Below are positions 1-12,088 of a DNA stretch of 64,000 bases, in pieces (within the stretch, counting starts at the first letter, position 1; every line of letters starts with the position of its first letter). A program made the position numbers and the translations under genes. The notes under the pieces are model-generated. The model ran no database searches. It was not told where the DNA came from and saw only the letters and a program-made list of their open reading frames with translations. This DNA comes from Ramazzottius varieornatus (Eukaryota; Animalia; Tardigrada). The DNA is taken from the NCBI GenBank assembly GCA_001949185.1, contig BDGG01000003.1:2049663-2113662 (forward strand), read 5' to 3'.

Positions 1-3000
1 AAAAGACACTGAACATCGCCAAACAAGCTGGGCCATCGCCGCCGGAACAGCTGGAGCTGACCGGTACGTTAAGTCAGGATACTCGTTTTACTTTTTCATT
101 TGAATTTTGTTTTATCTCTATACGTTCACCGTGTTGTTTTCCATATCTGGACGGAGTCTTTGATTTTTGCGTGATACCGCGTTCGACCCTGGATGTACTA
201 TTGTTTTCTTTTGCTGATTGGACTTTTGTCCGCTTTGTACAGTTTTAACTTGTAAATGGTCACCCGACGTGTTGCCCTTCCCACTTCCGCTGCAGATGTA
301 AACAATCAAGAGCTTGATCATGCGTTTCGCTCTCCAGCAACGCGCGGTTCAGCAGCACATCAGTGGTTGCGACTTCCGAGCGCTGACGAAGTTCTATGAT
401 ATCGATATCAGTCCTGACGAAGTCTTCTGGCGTTGACCGTCTTCGGTTTTACAGATCCTTATCGCAGTTCTCGCATCCAGAAGGACCGACGAGGAAGTCC
501 AAGATGATGGAATACCACGAACAACAGCAAGGTTCAAACATGGTTTACCGTTGCAACGAGAAGCCCACCGACCTGTTGATCCTTCCTGTCCAGTTGAATG
601 TTTCCTTTTTCAGAGGAGCAGCAGAGCATGCAGCAAGCTGATCAACAGGCGATGCAGTGGGCACCGCCTTTCGATGAAGCTTTCGGAACGGAGCAGATAA
701 CTTCGGCGGCTATTCTGGAAGAGAAGGAGCGAATGGAGGCCTGGTATGAAACGTGGAAACAGACTCTTTGCGATAAGGTTCGTCAGCTTAGTTTTCTTCT
801 CCTTGTGAATACTGTCAAGGTCTCGGCCGTACCAATGGTAGAACTTTGTGTTATAGGACGAGGAGATAATTCGAATAAAAGCGAACGTCGAACTCCACCA
901 AGCCCAAGTTCGAGCTGCCGAAGCCGAGAAGGTCGCACTGGATGTCATCCTGGCCAGTGAGATCGAAGGACGGAAACAAACAGCTGCCAAGTAAGTTCTC
1001 CGCACATTCAAAGCTTGGAGTATGAAAATCAATCTGAAACTACGTGACTCGTAGGATGCAAGAGTTGCAACGTCAGATCGATGTCGTGGTGGACGATCAG
1101 GAAACTCTGGCGGAAGTAACACGACGAAGTATGGTCAAACGTTTCTAGTCTCAACTGCTAGCCTCTAGTTTCTTCAGATAGTCTGTAGGTGCAAAGGTTT
1201 AGGTCAGTGAGTGAGGACTTTATTGCAGTGGAACGTATCCGACAAACTGCAGATGTACAAGATGAAGCTCGTAACAACGCATTGGAAGTAAGTTCTCCAC
1301 TTCACCTCTCCATATACTGACTTGTTTATATTGTATAAAAAGAACCGTTATTGATTTCTTGTTTTCTTTCCCAGGTTTTGCTGGGTCAGATTGAGGAAAT
1401 TCGACTGGAGTACGCTGATGAACTAGCGGAGATCGAAGATGAAAGTAAGTTTCAAACCTCAGTCGCATCGTTTCGTTCTTCTGGTCGGTCACTACTTTCT
1501 GAAACCCACCTAGTCAAAGCGAAGCAGCATCAAGCCTTAAACCACCAGGACGTGCTGTCGGCGCTTCTTGCGGAGGTATACTCTACTACTCCTCCATCAC
1601 TTAGACTTATTGTCATTTGCTGCAATTGTTACGAAACGATTTTGAGAGTGAAAGCTCTGTTTCGCAGTTGGCAGAAAAGAAGAAGAGATCGGCTGATGCC
1701 GGAAGAGAAGCTACTGAACTGGAGGAAGCTTGCAAAAAACTTGAGAAGGAATATACCGAGCTCCGCACAAACAATGGTAATTTGTATCACCGTATTTGTC
1801 CAAGTATCAACGTAAGTGTATCGTTGGGTCAAATCCTGTCCTTGCAGAGACTGAGCGGCAGAAACTGGCTGCTAAGGCCGCTGAGATGCAGAAGACAGAG
1901 TTGGAACTGGCGGAAGCTTTCGCGCGCAACGCACTCCTGAAAAAAGAAGTGGCCAATGCGGAAGTGCAGCGAGGCGAGGCGCAGGCCAGACACAACCAAG
2001 CTCGTGCCGAGTTCGACTTCCTGGAAGCCGAACATCGCAAAATGGTGGAAGAAAACACTGCGTTCATCATCGCTTTGGAAGCTCAACTGGCCAACTCTGA
2101 ACAGGAAGAACTAGACCTTGACGAACAGTCTGTATTCTTGTTTCTGTTTCCTGTAAAACGAAATATTCATGAATCTTGGTCTTTGTTTACAGCACAGCGA
2201 ACCTGGAAGGAGTCGAACAGAAGCTACTCCGTGATCTCGAGGCCGAGAAGATGCATAGGGAAGAATTGGCAGCCGAGCTTGCTGAAAAAACACGAGCCGT
2301 CGAACAGGAAGCCACTCAAATCGTACGTATTCTCGGTTTGCGGATCTCATGAACTAGGAGTTGGGCAAACATAGTGTACAGGGTCGTTATTTTGAGCGGC
2401 GCACCATTTCGGCCAACTACAATGAAAATGTGCGCCACTTGTAATAGCGATCTGGCATTTTTTGTCTTCCAGCTCTCGGTTATTCATCAATCCTCAAATG
2501 AAATTCAAAGCGGACTATCTTAATTTTGAAATGATAATTTCCACAGACGGAGCTGAATACAAGCATTTTGACGGAAGAAGCCCGTTTAAAGGACTTAGAG
2601 GAAAAACAGTCGTCTCGAAAAGGAGCTTTCGATGAGGAAATCGCGAGCTTAAAGGTGAATTTGTGGTACTCAGGTTTCTGTCCGCAGTAATCGCCTTTGC
2701 GTAGACAGATGGTTTTTGCAGGCTCAGGGTGAAGCATCACGACAGGCGATCCAGCGTGCGGAAGAGCAGATCGCGCAAGAAGAAGCGGAGCTTCGTCAAG
2801 CTACCCTGCGTGAAGGGGAATACGCTCGTCTGGAGCAAGAACTGAGAGAACTGGAAGAAGCTGTAAGTACCAAGCTAAAGCCTGACGGGTTGACTCAAAA
2901 TGATATTCGTTTTTAGGCATCCAAGTCTGCAGAACTCACAGCGAAACTCGCTGCTGAGCGAGAGGAGACTGACCGACTTCAGAACCAGCTGAAGGCCAAG

Positions 3001-4362
3001 AAGGAAGAACTGGCCACGAAGAAAAAGACCGACCAGGTAAGCAGAGCCTCTATAGTTACAAAGTCTACGTTCTTCCAGGTTGGTGGCTCAAAACTCCAAT
3101 TACGTTCTAATGTTATTTTCAGAAGGAAGCCAAGGCCCACGATACCGCTAATCGGCAGCTGGAGCAAGCCAAGGATAACTTGACGGCTCTGAAAGACCTT
3201 CTCGCCCAGGCTCTGGTACGCTGATCAGCATGACCTAAATTACGAGTAGCATGTTCTGCTGCGATAAATGACTCGGTAAGCTTTTCTTACAGGGTCGAGA
3301 CTTGGATTTCGATGATGTTGGGGAAGCCATCGACGAGTTTGCTGCGAACTACGTAAGTTTGGAGTTTCCGCGGTCCGCGTAACAAAATTTCAAGCCAAGC
3401 CGATCGTTATCTTTTAGGAGAGATCTGTCAAACAGCTGAAGGAATATAGTGCTCAGATCGAGAAGGAAACGAAGCAGAACAGTGTACTGGTAAGTTGAAA
3501 CTCCCGTAGAGGTAGAATCGGTGTGTTTGTGTTGCCGGTAGAAGTAACGGCGAAACCTTTTCTTCTTCTTACAGGAGAACGAACTTGAAGTTCTTGATGA
3601 CAAAGTTCGCCAGGCTGAAGAACTAAAGGCCACTTTGGAAGCGGCGCGAGACAACAAGGAAGAAGAGACACAAGAGCGTCCGCGATCACAGCCGACACAA
3701 GGAACCCAGGAATCTCGTATGACATCCATGGCGCCACCTGCGGTGAGTTCGGCGAGCTTTCTCGAGGTTCAGTTTTCCGAGTCATGCTTCAAGCCTGAAA
3801 CTTTGCCTGAAGATTTATCAACTTTTGACTTACTTTGACTCGTATCTTTGTAGAGCAAACCTGAACAAACCTACGCTCCGTCAGCTAAACGGAGCCGACA
3901 GGAGCGCGCTTACTCGGTCGATAGTAGTGAATCCGAGTACATTGACGCTTCGGTAAGGTTCTTTCGGATTGTCGTATAATCATGTGATACTCGATCATGC
4001 AGTCGGGAAACTCTGGCCGAATTACAGCTGTCTTTTAGCTCCGTGGTTCTTCGGTGAATTCTGTGGTGCAGCGAGCAGCTGCTTTGGGTATTTCCAGACA
4101 GGTAAGTGGCCTGAGATTAGATTATTGAACCACACTACTGATTGAAATCTTGACGCTACTTTGCTGGTTTTAGTCGAGACTTCCGGTGGCCGGAACACCT
4201 GCCATTCGGCGCGGTGTATCCCGCAGTCAGGACATTCTCTCACAAGAGCCCATGACCATAATCACTGCTCGTAGTAGTAGTCGTGGTCGCGGGCGTGCAG
4301 CCGCACGAGGTGGCGCTGCGCGTGCTGCTTCTCGAACTAAGAACAAGCTGGACTTTCTGTAA
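1..4362 (+). CDS. Long multi-exon coiled-coil protein, SYCP1-like (probably 5' partial; exon boundaries approximate)
   Basis: Many short E/K/Q/A-rich heptad exons separated by GT-AG introns. The N-terminal segment LEEKERMEAW..TLCDK..ILASEIEGRK is in register with the conserved SYCP1 N-terminal motif. A basic tail SRGRGRAAARGG..KNKLDFL ends at TAA 4360-4362. Confidence 0.55.
2381..2455. repeat. Palindromic element family copy (intron of gene 1)
   Basis: GGCGCAC-25nt-GTGCGCC core with complementary flanks. Confidence 0.85.
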
Positions 4363-4699
4363 AAACATAACTAGTTATGGCTTATACTCGTTGAAAAGAT
4401 AAATTTGTAGAAAGGAACCTGTGAACCGCGAGTTTCTGGTTAAGCTTCACAGTATCTTCTCGTTTCATTAATCTGGTTATTTATAGCTAAATTTCCGTTT
4501 TATTTCGATCAAGATCGAACGAATCGTTGAGGGGCTAAGTATATATTGTTATTCTTAAGCATCCCAGGGTGGTTTCTGCCTTATTGAATAAACTTAATTT
4601 GCATACGGCTCGTACAGTCGTACAGAACGATAAGGGCAAAAGAAGCGGCGCACTTGGCCGCGTGTGCAACATCCAAAGTCCATGGGCGAAGGGAAAAAG

Positions 4700-4771
4700 T
4701 GGACGTTGTGGGGATCGAACCCACGGCATCTCGCATGCAAAGCGAGCGCTCTACCACTGAGCTAAACGCCC
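4700..4771 (-). tRNA. tRNA-Ala (TGC)
   Basis: Reverse complement reads GGGCGTTTAGCTCAGTGGTAGAGCGCTCGCTTTGCATGCGAGATGCCGTGGGTTCGATCCCCACAACGTCCA. It forms a cloverleaf with anticodon TGC, the G3:U70 Ala identity pair and a TTCGA T-loop, followed by a T5 Pol III terminator. Confidence 0.97.
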
Positions 4772-5574
4772 TGACTGTGCAGTATGTCTAGATATTTACT
4801 TTTAATATGTTTTGTGCGGCTCCACTTTGTGTTTGATCTTCCATGCGTCTTGTAGGCGTACTGTACAGAGCGCAATCGCGAATGTTCGAGCCACTTTGGC
4901 CCTGATCCTGGTGTAGGCCACTTCAAAAATTGTTCGCTCATCCGTTTCATGAACAAAGTCGAAATGTCGGCCTGAAAGAAACACGGACGTCTCAAAAAAA
5001 GACACTTGCCAGTAAGAGACTGAAGGGTGAAGAACTGCGTGTCTAACCTGTTGATGCCGACCCTCGTACTGTTTTTCAAGGACCGGAATATTTTTTGATA
5101 GGGTCTGTTGTCGTTTTGATAAGCTGCGAAGGATCTTTTGAAAATGATAGAGTAATATTCCACTATCTGTATCACGGATAAGAATGCGCAGTGATGGGTT
5201 TTTGGAAGATATCAAGTGCAGATTGGGCCACCATCAGGCCTATCAACTCGAGTATCAACTGCTGGTCTGCCATGAGTTGAACGACTTTCTGCTCTCGACT
5301 ATACGATCAAAGTACAGTACAAAATAACCCTTCATTCCTCGCCATTATTATTTCCGACAACCAAATGGATGTTGTATGAGAAACGTTTTACAGCAGGTAT
5401 ATTTAATTTTTAGCATAAAATAAGTTTTATGATTCTCGTTGCAGGTTCCTACAGTAATCTCTTCCAGATCAGCAGCGAAAATGGATTTTACTTGAAAATT
5501 ATAATTCTCAATTCGGTAGTCCGAACGTCTTCGGAGTTTTGAAAAAGTCCTGTGATGCTGGAAAAACTCTCGTC

Positions 5575-7819
5575 ATGAGGTACGCGGAGACAGATTTCGA
5601 ACCAGGATCCACGAGTTCCGTCATGGACTTCCGCAAAGGCATCCAAAGCTGGGACGGCGTCCACGTCATGCCCGACCGTCTCTCCAGTCTTCCTCGTCGG
5701 CCCACAAACATTCCCACGGAATCCGTCGTCCATGACTTCCAGACCGTCCGACAACGCTACTATCGCCAACGCACTCGGAGGGTCAACAACAAGTCCCGCC
5801 ATGCACGACGTCTTCCTCGTCTACTGTACAAAGATGGAGCATACACCCTCATCCCCAAAAACGTGCCCAACTGGATGTCGCGCTTCCTCACGGACTTCTG
5901 GAACACTTTGCTGGATATGTCCTGGTCGGCTGTGTTGCTTTTATTTCTGATAGGTTACTTGACGGTGTGGTTCCTGTTCGCTGGAATATTCTACGGCATC
6001 TCCTACGCAAATGGAGACTTCAACGTACACTCTAACTCCACAAAAAGTAGACCGATGTGCGTTGTGCTGGGTGACGATCGAGGACCTTCGCTCTCCGGAA
6101 TGTTTCTGTTTTCCGTGGAGACACTCAGGACCATTGGCTATGGTACGTGACTTCTAGTGCACTTTTTTGTCGACGCTTTACGTGGGAATATGGTACCGTA
6201 GTTTAGATGGGTGATAATCTGAAGTGTCGACAGGGTTCTCTTGCCAGACTGATTGTTCGCTGGGACCAAAGTCCGATCGATTAGATTATGAACCTTCTTT
6301 TATCTCAAATGTTTACTCAACTCGACAAACATCATTTAACCATGATTTATTACAGTAAAATTAACCTTCTTACAAACAATAGATTAATGGGGACGTGAGT
6401 AAATAAATTTTACCAGACCGTTTCCCCAATGGCGCAAGCTGCTACCTAGTAACAGCTGAGTACGTGCGCCACTGGAGATGGCGATCTGGCACAGTTCATT
6501 TTACCCACGTCCCAATGATATTGTTTTTAACTCACAGGTTCGCGGTATCCGACGGAGCATTGTGGTGGAACCATCTTTTTTCTCTGCGCCGGCTGCATGG
6601 TCAGCGTCCTCCTGGAAAGCGTCCTTGTAGGCCTCCTCCTCGCCAAGACCCACGTTCCGCAAAAGCGCAGCCAAACCCTGATCTTCAGCAAGTTCGCTAC
6701 GATCTGCACTCGGGATAATCAGCTGGTCCTCCTGTTCCGGCTTGCTAACATCAGGACCAGTCTCATGCTTCAAATAGTCCTGAAGGCGTACCTGGTATAT
6801 GCGAAGAAGACTGACGAAGGCGAGGAGATGCCATTTCATCAACATGAGATTAACCTGCAGGTCGACCAGAACGGCGACCAAGTCTTTCTGGGATGGCCGG
6901 CAACCGTCAAGCATGTTATCGACAGTAGCAGTCCTTTCTACTACTTGTCGAAGAAGAACCTCAGTCGGGCTGCTTTCGAATTGATCGTTATCCTAGAAGG
7001 CATCGTCGAATCCACAGGTACTACCCTACAAGATCGTTACATCAAGTGGCGCAGTTATCACTGTTAATTGGCGGAAATGTGCGCCACTCAAGAAAGCGAC
7101 CTTCCACGTTTTATTTGACCGGCTCTCAATTTACTCAAATATGGTGTCGCTCAACAGGTGCGTCGGTTCAAGCTCGAACTTCCTACGTACCGAACGAGAT
7201 CCTGTGGGGGAAACGCTTCGACAACATGTACATCTATGACGAGCACACCCCCGATGAAGTCTTCGACTTTCGTTACTTCGAGACGACGACACTACAAGCA
7301 AAGATGGGTGATCTGTCTGCCTTTGACCGCGATCAGAAAGCCGAGCTCCTAACCGGTTCGACAGGTCTCGGCACAATATTAAATTCCAGCTCCGAGGACC
7401 TCGTCGATGGACCGGGATGTAAGGACGCCGAACCCTTACTTTCACCCTCCTTAGCGGATGCTCTCGACATTCCTTACGATCTCATGCAAGCGAAAGCCAA
7501 CTTTGCCAGGGCTGCTTCGCATCGACGGGATAGTATTCGGTCGACGCGATTGAGAAGCCGGTCGAGTATGTTGCAGGCTATTATGGAGGTGAGTAACCCG
7601 AGTAGCGCGGCGCTGTTGTACCGACCAAGCTTGAAGGAGAGGAGAAACAGGAACTCGGCCTCCTGTTCGGTAGGTGGAGAGAACGTGAAGCCGGCGGTGA
7701 CGCTACGGAGGAATGAGACGGTCGGTGGTGCGCTGGAACATTATAGAAGGTACGACGTGGGCAAGACACCGAATGAATCTTTGGACAGTGTCCTAAGTCA
7801 ACCATTTTCCATTTTATGA
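5575..7819 (+). CDS. Inward-rectifier potassium channel (Kir family), 3 coding exons (~5575-6142, 6538-7017, 7158-7819); start uncertain
   Basis: Kir motifs DFWNTLLDMSW (slide helix), ETLRTIGYG-SRYPTEHC (pore), KRSQTLIFS, HVIDSSSPF, FELIVILEGIVESTG-ASVQARTSY and EILWGKRF. Both introns are phase-compatible GT-AG. Confidence 0.93.
6413..6489. repeat. Palindromic element family copy (Kir intron 1)
   Basis: CCAGACCGTT..GGCGCAA-26nt-GTGCGCC..CGATCTGG. Confidence 0.8.
7031..7102. repeat. Palindromic element family copy (Kir intron 2)
   Basis: AGATCGTT..AAGTGGCGCAG-24nt-GTGCGCCACTC. Confidence 0.85.
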
Positions 7820-8355
7820 TATCGGTAAAGTAGGGGTGATCGAACACTCAGCTTTTTCTTTCGGTCTTTCTTAATTTGTTCTTATTCCATTATTTTCCTT
7901 TTGTAATGATATATGTGAAATGAAAACGATTAGTTTGATGTTGGACCATGCATGCAGGGTTATGTTTTGGCACTTGAACAGGTTTGTAAAGAAAACGTTT
8001 TTAAGGATGCGTGGTAAATTTCGAACGATCACACACCTTCACCCTATCTGCTCACTGCTAAATTCGCGTCAATTAAATGCGCCCGTTTGTATAAACTGTG
8101 CCCAGGAAGAAGCATCCAACGAACATTACAGAGTCTGACGCGGGCTTTCGCCTTCCATCTGCTCACTTTATCGATAAGATTGGACAGTTATAGTACAGTG
8201 GAAGTTCCAGGGCAACCGCGGAGCTCAGTTTTCATGGTCGTGCATGACCGCGAGAACACAGCCGGGCAGGCAGTCAGTCGGTAGTTGAATGCATCCATCT
8301 TCGGAGCACGAAACTCGACTTTCGGAATGGGAAGTTCCCGAAACGTGATACAGCC

Positions 8356-11300
8356 ATGAAGAAGACATTGCCCACATTCGCTTTCATCAGTCTATTTTTG
8401 CATATCCCTTCTACCATCTGTTTCCGTTTCTTTCCAGCTGAGAACCATGCACAAGCACTGGTGACGAGATCTTTGCAGCGGATAAATTCCCATTTGAACG
8501 CCATCTATGGTTCGAACTTCACACTCAGTCTAGCTGATTTTCCCGATCTTGACCACGGTGCGAAGAACAATTCAAAGTTAGAGAACCTGCCGATAGCCTT
8601 ACCGTTGAACCTGTCTGCCATTTCGGCCGACAGTGTCAGGAATCTGCTGCCGGCTGACCTTCTGATGCAGTCTATATTTCTCAGTCTGGCTAGTAGGCCT
8701 TCGGCGCCTCAGGACGACGAATGTTGCTTCAGACCGAAGCCAATCTCTGTGCTAATGAATTTTGGGATTGATGGCAGTGTGCAATGGACGGCCTCAAATG
8801 ACGACAAGCAAGATGACTGCCGTGAAATTCCAAGTAAGATCTAGGTCCCTGTTGGACACCACCGTACGAGATGATAAGATACTTTGCGATGTCTAAGTAT
8901 GGTTTTCCAGATGCAGTCTACGATCCCTTCGGACATATCTGCCGACCGGCCTTGTGTCCGACCAACCAGACGGAAGCCGAATACAACGAATGCCTACGCA
9001 AGCAAGTCAGGAAGCAGATCGCCATTCCAGTCAACGCAACCGAAGCCACCATCTTTGTGGCTTTGGGGCTGGCAGAGGATACCAACTGGCAGTTTTTGGC
9101 TAGAGGCGCAGACTATTCTTTCGAGCGAAGGGTGGAAGAGGTCCTTCGTGAGAACCTTGCCGAAGTTCTCCACCTGCGCCCTGACCGCGTCCGAAACGTT
9201 ACCGTGCCGGACTTCATTGAACTGTACCATAACCTATCCATGGAGCGCGAAAGCTGGGAGGCTCAGTTCCCGGAAAGTGAATACAACAAGAATAGGGAAC
9301 CAGAAGGTAGCTTTGGTCTACAGCTAGGCAGTGAGCCTTCGACGTCGCCAAGTCCAACGGAAGTTTCCTTTTTCGGCAAACCTGGCCTGGGCGACAGTCG
9401 GGTAGAAGCGTCCTTTGTTCTCGTTCGGCCTATGGATGACGAACGTAGCGAGAACGAAACGAGGGACACCATCGTGGAAATGTACGCTAAACTTGTGGAC
9501 CTGGTGACTGCTGACGATAGCTTCGACTTCCTTGTTGATAATATCACAGTTGAAGTGTACGCTATCTGGGAACACGATATGCTAGGTACGGCACAAGTTA
9601 TCTGCCCCATAGTGCGGTCCTTCCCATCTTTAGAAAATTACCAGCTTTATTGAGTACGAGCTTGCTGCCTGCAGATTTGGATTACGCTAACCGAGACTGG
9701 TGCCAGCTGGGTATTATGAAAACATATATCAACGAAGAGTTTACATTGTTCCTGAACGACACAAATTCCACAAAGTCTACACTCATGGTCAACAGTTCCG
9801 GCAGGGTGTACAGCTGCGGCGAATTCAAAGTCCAGGTAGGCCAGAACCTTCCTACCCCACCATGTACAGTAGCCACACTTCAGGCTTTCAGCATTGGCTC
9901 GAAAAAATCTCTTGTTTTAGGTCTTGGTTCGAGAAGTGAACGAGTCGGTGAAGATGTTCCAGACAGCTCGAGTCTGCCATCGGTCCGTGGTGGGCAACTC
10001 CAGCTGCATAATATTCAGCGTGACGGTCAGCAAAGACGAAGTGCAGGTTCACGAGAACCAAAGCATGACATACCAGAACCGACTGTACAGCTACCTGGAA
10101 TATGAGCTTGACTCTACAGGGACGATCTTACTTCGGTGCGGCGAAGAAAACATTCCAAAGCCGAAGCCGAGAACATCGACCACCATGGGTCTCGACATGG
10201 AACCCGAACTTGCCTGGTTCTTTTTCGTTCTGTCCATCTTGTCCGTGGTCGCGCTCATTCTGACTTTGATCATCTATTTAACCTTTCGCGAGCTCCAAAC
10301 ACTTCCTGGATGGAACTTGATCAACGTGATGATAGCCTTAATCTGTGCGCAAACCGCGCAGGTCCTAAGTTCGTGGGCTTCGCAATTGCAAACACTGTGC
10401 CACATCGTGGGAATTGCCACGCATTATGGCTATCTAGTGGGCTTCTTCTTTGCCAATGTGATCGCCATTGACATCTACAGAACATTTGGACGGAAAGGAA
10501 CCTTCAGACCCGCACAAACCGGTACATAAAGCTCAACTTTTTAAATGGGATGTCAGGCAGAGGAACTGATCCAGATTGTTGCCTAAAGTGGCACAGATAC
10601 TCATTGTGAGTGGCTGGAAGAGTGCGCTACTTGGGAAAACGATCTGGCTCGATTCATCTGCCCCCTCGATCAAATACGGTGCCTCGTACACACGCGCGAA
10701 GGAAAAGTTTAGAGCAATAAAAAGTTTGGATCAGACAGGAAAGACGGCAAAGTCAAAATTTAGCCATAGAAAATTGTTAAAAAGTGCATTAGTGTGAATT
10801 GCACACGTACGTACGCACTTCCGTTCCGCTGTTTCGGACTCGTCCGATCCAAACTTTTCATACTGCTCCAAACGTTCCCTTCGTACGTGTACTGGAACTA
10901 ATAATATACCGGACGTTCCTTCGCGTTCATAGAGTCGTTTATGTCCAAGCTTCGGAACAACCTCTTGTATTGCCATCTATCAACCGCCACGATCGTTACC
11001 GGTGCCATCGTGCTTGACCACCACGAAGTTCCATATTGGGAAGTGCATTACAGCGACAGATGCTGGATTGCCGGTCGAAGAGCCAGCCTGGTCTTCTTCG
11101 CCCTACCTGTCCTGTTCATTTGCCTCGCCAACGCTTTCCTGATCTGTCTCACCATCCACCGCGTTCGAATGCATAAGAAAAGCATGCGGGGTGTGAGGGT
11201 TACTTCCGGTGGCGGAAGCTCCAAACAGAAGAACCAGATCACAGCGGAAACTGTTAAGAAGCGGGAAGCAATGTGTTATGTCAAGATAGGCACCGTGTTT

Positions 11301-11844
11301 GGTTTCACTTGGTTCATCGGGTTGATTTCCGGCTTATTCGGCCATCATTCGCAGGAGAGCCAGTGTATAAATGTTCTTTACAAAACCACCACCTACGGTA
11401 AGCTTCGACATTCATTGATTGGGAGGCCGGAAAACAATCTCGGGATGATCGCCATCTCGAGCGGCGCAGTTTCCGTTGATCTTGACCGTAACCGTGCGCC
11501 ACTTGAGAAAACAAGAATTCCGAGTTTGCTGCCGGCTGCCCAATGGTGCCGCACGGTTCAATATGATGTATCGTGCAGTTTTCTTGGAGTACATCCAACT
11601 GTCTTGTAGCATTCGTCATCACAACGTCCTGTCAGGGTCTCATGATGTTCTTTACCNNNNNNNNNNNNNNNNNNNNNNNNNNNNNNNNNNNNNNNNNNNN
11701 NNNNNNAACCGAACGCGCATCAAGAAACTGTGGAAGAAATGGCACGGAAAAGTGTGTGATATCTGCGACAAGGCAGTGTGTCGCTGTGTGAATAACTCCA
11801 CCATCTCGACAGTGGCCTCAAGGACAGACAACTTATATTCGTAA
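8356..11844 (+). CDS. Secretin/adhesion-like (Methuselah-like) 7TM GPCR with large Cys-containing ectodomain; spans an assembly gap
   Basis: Signal peptide and many N-glycosylation sites. TM1 is followed by ELQTLPGWNL, then CHIVGIATHYGYL, the CWI ECL2 motif and VFGFTWFIG (TM6), all typical of 7tm_2 receptors. Confidence 0.8.
10571..10647. repeat. Palindromic element family copy (GPCR intron)
   Basis: CCAGATTGTT..AAGTGGCACAG-25nt-GTGCGCTACTT..AACGATCTGG. Confidence 0.85.
11447..11519. repeat. Palindromic element family copy (GPCR intron)
   Basis: CTCGAGCGGCGCAG-24nt-GTGCGCCACTTGAG. Confidence 0.8.
11657..11706. other. Assembly gap (50 N)
   Basis: Run of N. Confidence 1.
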
Positions 11845-12088
11845 GATAAATCATTTACGCATCAGCTCAAAGAGCCTCTTGGGGGAACGTTCGCCCTCAA
11901 GAGGGGCTTTCCAGAAACTCTTTTGCGGCGCGTGACCGATTTGTATCACAATGCGTGAAATCAATTCATTCGAGCTAATCAGTACAAGTAATTACCACGA
12001 AAAATTTACATGCGAATGGAATCGAACTGAAGTCTCTGTCGAAGTGCTTTGGTTACATTAGCCAAATTGTACTGTAGCGTGATGAGCT

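Noticed and set aside
4762-5215. Two overlapping 137-aa minus-strand ORFs upstream of the tRNA
   Set aside because: No recognisable motif or splice structure, and the listed starts are non-ATG; likely spurious.
7018-7157. Palindromic element as an introner that creates introns
   Set aside because: Element ends do not coincide with splice sites, and distances to donors and acceptors vary between copies.
11573-11791. Apparent frameshift in GPCR TM7 region
   Set aside because: It coincides with the 50-N gap, which probably hides an intron or sequence of unknown length; not evidence of a pseudogene.
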